41,218 nt of DNA from a virus. Its lineage: Duplodnaviria; Caudoviricetes. The position numbers and the translations under genes were made by a program. The DNA lies in IMG/VR virus record IMGVR_UViG_3300036802_000048, positions 1 through 41,218 of that record. One strand, 5' to 3'. Positions within the stretch are counted from its first letter, which is position 1. Every line of letters starts with the position of its first letter. Positions 36,284 through 41,218 of this stretch are shown here, one piece after another. Under the pieces are notes generated by a model. It was not told the DNA's origin. It did not search any database and was given only the letters and a program-made list of their open reading frames with translations.

Positions 36284-36478
36284 ATGAGCCGTTTTATGAA
36301 GCCGCTAACCTCTAACGTTCACCTTTATACCGCGCAGCTTGAGCGCGTTCCGATCGTCGTGTTCGTCGACAACGAACTTATGGGCAGCGGAGTAATTGAA
36401 GATATTACGAAGGTTTCCGTTAAGGTACGCGGCGAGTATTATATGCGCGATACCTGCACGTTTAAATACGCAAGCTAG
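36284..36478 (+). CDS. Small beta-rich protein, paralogue of 34367-34570
   Basis: AAAGGA RBS; GSGVIEDITKVSVKVRGEYYMR. Confidence 0.7.
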   Translation: MSRFMKPLTSNVHLYTAQLERVPIVVFVDNELMGSGVIEDITKVSVKVRGEYYMRDTCTFKYAS

Positions 36479-36595
36479 ACGTAAAGATTGCGGATTGCTA
36501 CGGTGTGGCCGAGAATTATACGCCTTGTAGCGTAAGGTTGTCGGAGCGTATTAACTGCGACAATTTCTATTTTACTTCGGTGGAGGACAACAATC

Positions 36596-37204
36596 ATGAG
36601 CTTTTCTGAAGTTGTTTTAAAATCGTACATACACAGGATACGTGATTTGCAGGGTCAGTCGCGGTACCTCTATGATCATTTTAAATCTAACATTAATGAA
36701 CATGTGGCGCAGTCAGAAGTAGATTACATATTTGAAGTCGATGACAAGTCTGTTCCTGAACTGGTACTGAAATCGTTGTTCCTAGTAACGTATTCTGAGT
36801 TAGAAAATTGTCTCAATGATTTCGCAAACAGTATACAAGTGGAACGCTCCTTAAATATTTCATACGAAGACATAAGGGGCAGCGGATTAAAGCGATACAT
36901 TTTTTACTTTGAAAAAATCGCGGGAATGCATCTTACAGGAAAATTACGCTATTTGGAGGAGTTACAGCATCTTAACAAATTAAGGAACCACTACGCACAC
37001 GACGGTAGAAGTTTGATATCTCACAAAGACCCGGTCTATAAATCCGCTAGGTTTTTTAAACTTACTGACGATAGGGATATTTATAAAGAAGGCCATACCA
37101 GAATCGCTTTATCATACGATTTTTTATCTACCGCTTTGTTTACTGTCTTTCTTTTCTTGGAGGACCTCAAGGACTTGGTTGGAGAGTTTTACGCTGAACG
37201 ATAA
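36596..37204 (+). CDS. HEPN-like protein
   Basis: YS.LE..L N-terminal helix and LRNHYAHDG (R-X4-H) motif; AT-rich; GGAGG RBS. Confidence 0.75.
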   Translation: MSFSEVVLKSYIHRIRDLQGQSRYLYDHFKSNINEHVAQSEVDYIFEVDDKSVPELVLKSLFLVTYSELENCLNDFANSIQVERSLNISYEDIRGSGLKRYIFYFEKIAGMHLTGKLRYLEELQHLNKLRNHYAHDGRSLISHKDPVYKSARFFKLTDDRDIYKEGHTRIALSYDFLSTALFTVFLFLEDLKDLVGEFYAER

Positions 37205-37275
37205 ACTCCGTAAATACCGGACTCTGCAGCATACCTGCGCGAGTCCAATTTCGGATTTTTACGTGTGCTCTTATC
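37197..37275 (-). pseudogene. Second remnant of the ligase 3' end
   Basis: 28-bp exact match to 34783-34810; similarity continues to about 37275 (RAHVKIRNWTRAGMLQSPVFTEF). Confidence 0.75.
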
Positions 37276-37371
37276 TGTAAGGATCGCTAAAAAGAGCGCC
37301 AGTTCCACGGACTTTCCCTCCGTTTTCCTGGCGTTCCCTGTTGTGTCTGACGAGAAATAAGCGTACAATAG

Positions 37372-37444
37372 CGTTGAATAAATACAGCGGAGTGATAACC
37401 GGAATCTTTGGTCGGATGGTCGGTTATCTTAACTCCGCTTTTTT
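37372..37444 (+). ncRNA. Putative antisense antitoxin RNA
   Basis: TTGTGT-N17-TACAAT promoter (37341-37369); AGCGGAGT-GATAACCG...CGGTTATC-tta-ACTCCGCT hairpin with T-run overlapping the toxin 3' end. Confidence 0.6.
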
Positions 37445-37512
37445 CTGTCAATAACTAATACCAATGAAGCGAATGATATCATTAACGTTAAAGCTTCGTT
37501 AATAGTCAACAT
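37429..37512 (-). CDS. Putative holin-like type I toxin (27 aa, not in ORF track)
   Basis: MLTINEALTLMISFASLVLVIDRKKRS with AGGAGGTGA RBS. Confidence 0.8.
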   Translation of the reverse strand: MLTINEALTLMISFASLVLVIDRKKRS

Positions 37513-37609
37513 CTTTCTCACCTCCTCTCACTAGCGTGAATCTTCGTTGTTACTTGAAACCTGCGCTTGTTCCAGCGAACATAATTCGACAATACTGTAG
37601 TACTTCATG

Positions 37610-37711
37610 TTAAGCACTGACAAAAGTTGGGAGGTCGCTGGCGTAAAGGAGATTGCGCCAAGGGCAGCGTTCGACGGTCGCGAGAAAGATTTCGTGATTA
37701 ATAGAGTTCAT
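37610..37711 (-). CDS. 33-aa peptide
   Basis: AAAGGAGGAG RBS; MNSINHEIFLATVERCPWRNLLYASDLPTFVSA. Confidence 0.45.
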   Translation of the reverse strand: MNSINHEIFLATVERCPWRNLLYASDLPTFVSA

Positions 37712-37755
37712 ATATTCTCCTCCTTTTGTGCAGACTAATTGTGAAAACGCTGCAC

Positions 37756-38322
37756 TTAACTTCCCCAACGTCCTGGGTATTCTTTTCTATATAACGGTTC
37801 ACAAAGATCAAAGACGACCTGCATGTCTGTGACAGCCTTTTCTAGCAAAACGGCGGCCTTCACATGTTCATGGGTTAGTTCTTTAGCGTAATTTGTAAAT
37901 AACCTCGCCTGAGGAAAGAGCATAGTTTCCTCCATCTTTCTGTATACCGAAAAGAAGTCTCGAGCAACAGCAATAAACATACTACGAGCCTCATCCTCCA
38001 GAGTTTCTTCGTACACCTCATCATCGTAAATTATATCTTCACTTGCCCCTTCTTCTAGATCGAAAGAAACAGTATCTAGTAATTCCTTAGTTGGGAAGAG
38101 TATTACGTGTTTATTTGATTTCTTCACTTTTGTTACGCTCTCCGGTAATATATCAGGTAAATCCCAAAGAGCGTTCTTTATTAAGCTTTGGTCAATATCA
38201 TAACTACTTATCATGCTTCTTTCCACTTGCTTCCATAATTCTGATTGTTTTACTCCCTGTGGGCAGAACCGTAGAACGTTAAGCGCAGCACTTCGAACTT
38301 CATCATGAGTAGGTCTTTCCAA
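37756..38322 (-). CDS. AT-rich moron of unknown function
   Basis: GGGGTGG RBS and TTG 38322; TTGACA-N17-TAATAT promoter from 38397. Confidence 0.65.
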   Translation of the reverse strand: MERPTHDEVRSAALNVLRFCPQGVKQSELWKQVERSMISSYDIDQSLIKNALWDLPDILPESVTKVKKSNKHVILFPTKELLDTVSFDLEEGASEDIIYDDEVYEETLEDEARSMFIAVARDFFSVYRKMEETMLFPQARLFTNYAKELTHEHVKAAVLLEKAVTDMQVVFDLCEPLYRKEYPGRWGS

Positions 38323-38410
38323 TGTATCCACCCCGCAGAAAAGATAATATAGTCTTTCTTCTACCCACATATTAATTCTATAAAATGGAAATGTCAAGAG
38401 TATTTAGGAA

Positions 38411-38559
38411 TCAAGCAACAAAATGCGCAGCCTCATCCGCTAAATCCGTCTCCTGCACGATGCCCCAATTCGGCAGGTATACGATCTCAACGCGCATCCT
38501 CAGACATTGACTGCCAGCGCACACTGTGCGGGTAGTATGCAGTTTTTAGCGTGTGCCAA
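38411..38559 (-). pseudogene. Deletion scar: possible helicase-loader N-terminus joined to helicase C-terminus
   Basis: GGGAGG RBS + MAHAKNCIL...C, then out-of-frame MRVEIVYLPNWGIVQE...; family assignment from memory. Confidence 0.4.
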
Positions 38560-38755
38560 TTGCGTTCCTCCCTTCGTATAAACAACATATCATCTAGCAA
38601 TCGATTTGTCCTCTTACAAAAACGATTGAAAAATGTTGTGTTTTAGGTACTTGAATTACGCAGGTAATTGTGATATTAAAAACACAAAAACCTTGTCGAA
38701 TGCGACCTATTTTATCTTTTATTTCCAAAATAAGTGTAATCCTAAAGTATGTCTA

Positions 38756-39181
38756 TTATAAAAACTCCGCCAATTCCTCCGCAGTCATCCCGCCGTTTAC
38801 TACCGCTTGCTCCGCCCGTTCCTTACGTTGCCCGTTCGCAAGGGACTTGCGGCATTATTCTCGGCAGCATGTACGTTATCAAAAAGCCCGTCGTTAACTG
38901 CGGATTTTTCGGTGTTACGTGATGTTCTGCGAAGGCACGTTCGATCGTTTCGCGTAAAGGACCCGCACCGTACAGCGTGAGTTCACGTTTGATTACGCCT
39001 TGTTCGAAGCGATAACCCCCCGCAGCCGGAATATACGTTTCCACTCCGTAGCGCTCGCGATTTAGCTCCGTAATCATTACCCGGACGGTTAGCGTATTCC
39101 AATCCGCAAGAGGTAGCGTTCGCCAGTCTTACGTTGCTCGGCGGTGATCTTCGGTTTAGGCGGCGTTTTTTTCGTCACCAT
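38756..39181 (-). pseudogene. Doubly frameshifted replication-region gene
   Basis: GAGGTG RBS and ATG 39181; single-base frame corrections near 39128 and 38842 give one continuous protein (..WRTLPLADWNT..MITELN..EELAEFL). Confidence 0.6.
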
Positions 39182-39878
39182 CTGTAGTTCACCTCACAAT
39201 AGTATCATCATAAAACTTGGCATTGTGTACTGTCTTTGTACTCTCTTTTGTCGCAACCACATAGTGTCATTGATGAAAATATAATACCATTCAGCAACTA
39301 CCCCGTGTGCATCCTCTTTGCAACCTCTTTTCAAGACTAACACGATTTTAAATAGATGTGCGTTACCTCTTTGTTACTTATTTTTTGTAAGTACTCGCAC
39401 TCGCCGTTCGTTCATTGTAAACCATCAACACCTCCGATTATATATTTGATAATTACGTATCGCACCCGCCAAATTCGGCGATTACGTGATCTAAGCGTGG
39501 TTTACGTAATTGCGGAAAATACCCATATTTGTACGGTTTATGCGACATTTTCGTCGTATAAAAGTTAAATTTGTTCGCTTATTCGTGCAATTAGCGTAAT
39601 GAACGATTTTGCGCTCATCTCCCGTTTCCTCGCGTTTTCTACGCCACTCTCACGTTTTCATTTTTATGCGGTACTTGGAATATGGCGACCGCACCCCGCC
39701 AGCTTAACATTTGATAGCGCGGATCTCTTCGTTAGTTATACACGACATCTTCACATTAATTAGGTGGCCAACAGCACGTCTTTTCCCACCGCACTTTTTA
39801 CGGAATTTATTTACACTAGTTACAACGCAAAAAAACGTCAATCCTCCGGAAGTTACTCCAAAAAGATCGACGTTATGT

Positions 39879-40922
39879 CTAGCGTATTATTTTGCGCGGC
39901 TTCTCCGACTTATTGAGCACCGCATTAATAGGAGAGAACTCTTCATGATTCTTTTTAACGTTCTTATCCGAGAGATGCGTATAGTGATTCGTCATCCGTC
40001 CGTCAGAGTGCCCGAGTATTACCTGCAGATGGCGCTCAGACCCGCCTTCTTCTAGAAATAACGTAGCTCCTGAGTGACGCAATAGATGCGGATAAACTCG
40101 TTTCTTAATTCCAGCGCGATCAGCATACTTTTTCAACTGATGACGGAAATGGTTAGGGAGTAACCGTTCACCGTAGTTGTTTAAGAAAATGTATTCACTA
40201 TCAAATTCGGTTGTCTCACGTATTAATTCCGCCAATAATTTCGCTGTCCGCTTAGTGATAGGTACAATGCGTGGTTTACGTGTCTTCGTTATCTCACGGC
40301 GTAATGAAGCGTAGCAGGCGGATAAATCAACGTCTCCCTTACGTAAGGTCAGAGCCTCATCTACGCGTAACATCCCGTCAATTAAAAGATTGAGTACGAC
40401 GTAATCGCGGAAATCACTATATTTGCGTTGGTTCGGCGCATTTATGAGTCGTCTCAGTTCTTCCGAAGTAAGTACGTTTATATCGCGACCGATATCCTGC
40501 ACGTTTTTCAAATAAACAAAAGGGTCAGCATCGATGACGTTCTCTTCCTTAAGAAATTTAAACATCGTTTTTAAATTCTTTGTGCGAGTATTAATCGACT
40601 TCGGCAACAATCCGACTGTCCTAGCGGAATCTGGCACGTTACATCTATCGCTAAACTTCGTTTTTTCATCACGTAACCATATGATATACTCGCGGCCTGT
40701 CTCTACCGTGACATTACGAATGTCGCGAATAATTCCACGCATGTCCAAAAACTCGCAAAAGTAACCGTAGTTAAGCTTGTACGTCTTTAGCGTATTCTCC
40801 GCGCGCCCCTCCGATTTCTTCGCCTGGTAGTAATAATCGAATAAATAGTCGAGTGAGTAGCGCAGGCGATCAGATGTCCTATCGCTTTTCCTCGCGCGTC
40901 CTTTACTTTTATCTCCGCTCAA
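39879..40922 (-). CDS. int: Tyrosine integrase
   Basis: GMLRVDE, HLLRH and LGHSD..MT.HY motifs; adjacent to att. Confidence 0.95.
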   Translation of the reverse strand: MSGDKSKGRARKSDRTSDRLRYSLDYLFDYYYQAKKSEGRAENTLKTYKLNYGYFCEFLDMRGIIRDIRNVTVETGREYIIWLRDEKTKFSDRCNVPDSARTVGLLPKSINTRTKNLKTMFKFLKEENVIDADPFVYLKNVQDIGRDINVLTSEELRRLINAPNQRKYSDFRDYVVLNLLIDGMLRVDEALTLRKGDVDLSACYASLRREITKTRKPRIVPITKRTAKLLAELIRETTEFDSEYIFLNNYGERLLPNHFRHQLKKYADRAGIKKRVYPHLLRHSGATLFLEEGGSERHLQVILGHSDGRMTNHYTHLSDKNVKKNHEEFSPINAVLNKSEKPRKIIR

Positions 40923-41079
40923 ACTAAAAAACCCCTCCCGTATTATTACGGAAAAGAGCCGATTGTATAACGCATATCTTCGTTTTATTGGAGCGTATAT
41001 CTGCGCATGTTAGCGCACAGTCAACGTTACAGTCACCGTACAAAATACGGAGTAATTTGCGGGATTTTCATCCGCCAAT

Positions 41080-41117
41080 CTGCCAGCGATGCGCTCTCCC
41101 AGCTGAGCTATGGCCCC
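41080..41117. repeat. att core, right copy (orphaned 5' half of tRNA-Ala)
   Basis: Identical to 172-209. Confidence 0.97.
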
Positions 41118-41218
41118 AAACTTAATTTTCAGATGTATGTAAGCACATATTCTAAAATTCAGTTCGGTGTATTTGAGTCATTCTGACAAACTCAAGCGCC
41201 GTAGGCGACTCCTATATA

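Larger units (their letters stand above)
172..41117. mobile_element. Siphovirus-type prophage (phBC6A51-like gene set) integrated in tRNA-Ala(GGC)
   Basis: Flanking 38-bp direct repeats, terminal integrase, and terminase, portal, capsid, tape measure and lysis genes. Confidence 0.97.

Noticed and set aside
37577-37589. CGAACATAATTCG as a third SOS box
   Set aside because: Spacer is 3 nt rather than 4
39190-39870. Genes between int and the pseudogenes
   Set aside because: Only short ORFs without consistent RBS; probably decayed DNA I cannot assign

Overview
Nearly the whole window is one ~40.9 kb siphovirus-type prophage of a Bacillota host (inferred Paenibacillus-like). It lies between 38-bp direct repeats at 172-209 and 41080-41117 that equal the 5' half of a tRNA-Ala(GGC) gene. 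Most genes are on the minus strand. From right to left: tyrosine integrase; an eroded replication/accessory region (pseudogenes, two HEPN-like morons, a type I toxin-antitoxin pair, a lipoprotein); an HTH repressor switch; antirepressors; a sigma-like factor; a short HTH replication initiator with 24-bp-period repeats; terminase with an inserted small recombinase; head, tail and lysis genes; and two left-end morons. The most interesting signals are non-coding. (1) A LexA-box promoter fires into a ~480-nt, densely structured stretch with no convincing ORF (30800-31285). (2) A hammerhead ribozyme sits in the early operon (31970-32037). (3) Integration restores the tRNA 5' end and appears to swap promoters between int and the host tRNAs. 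All family calls come from motif recognition by eye; no searches were run.
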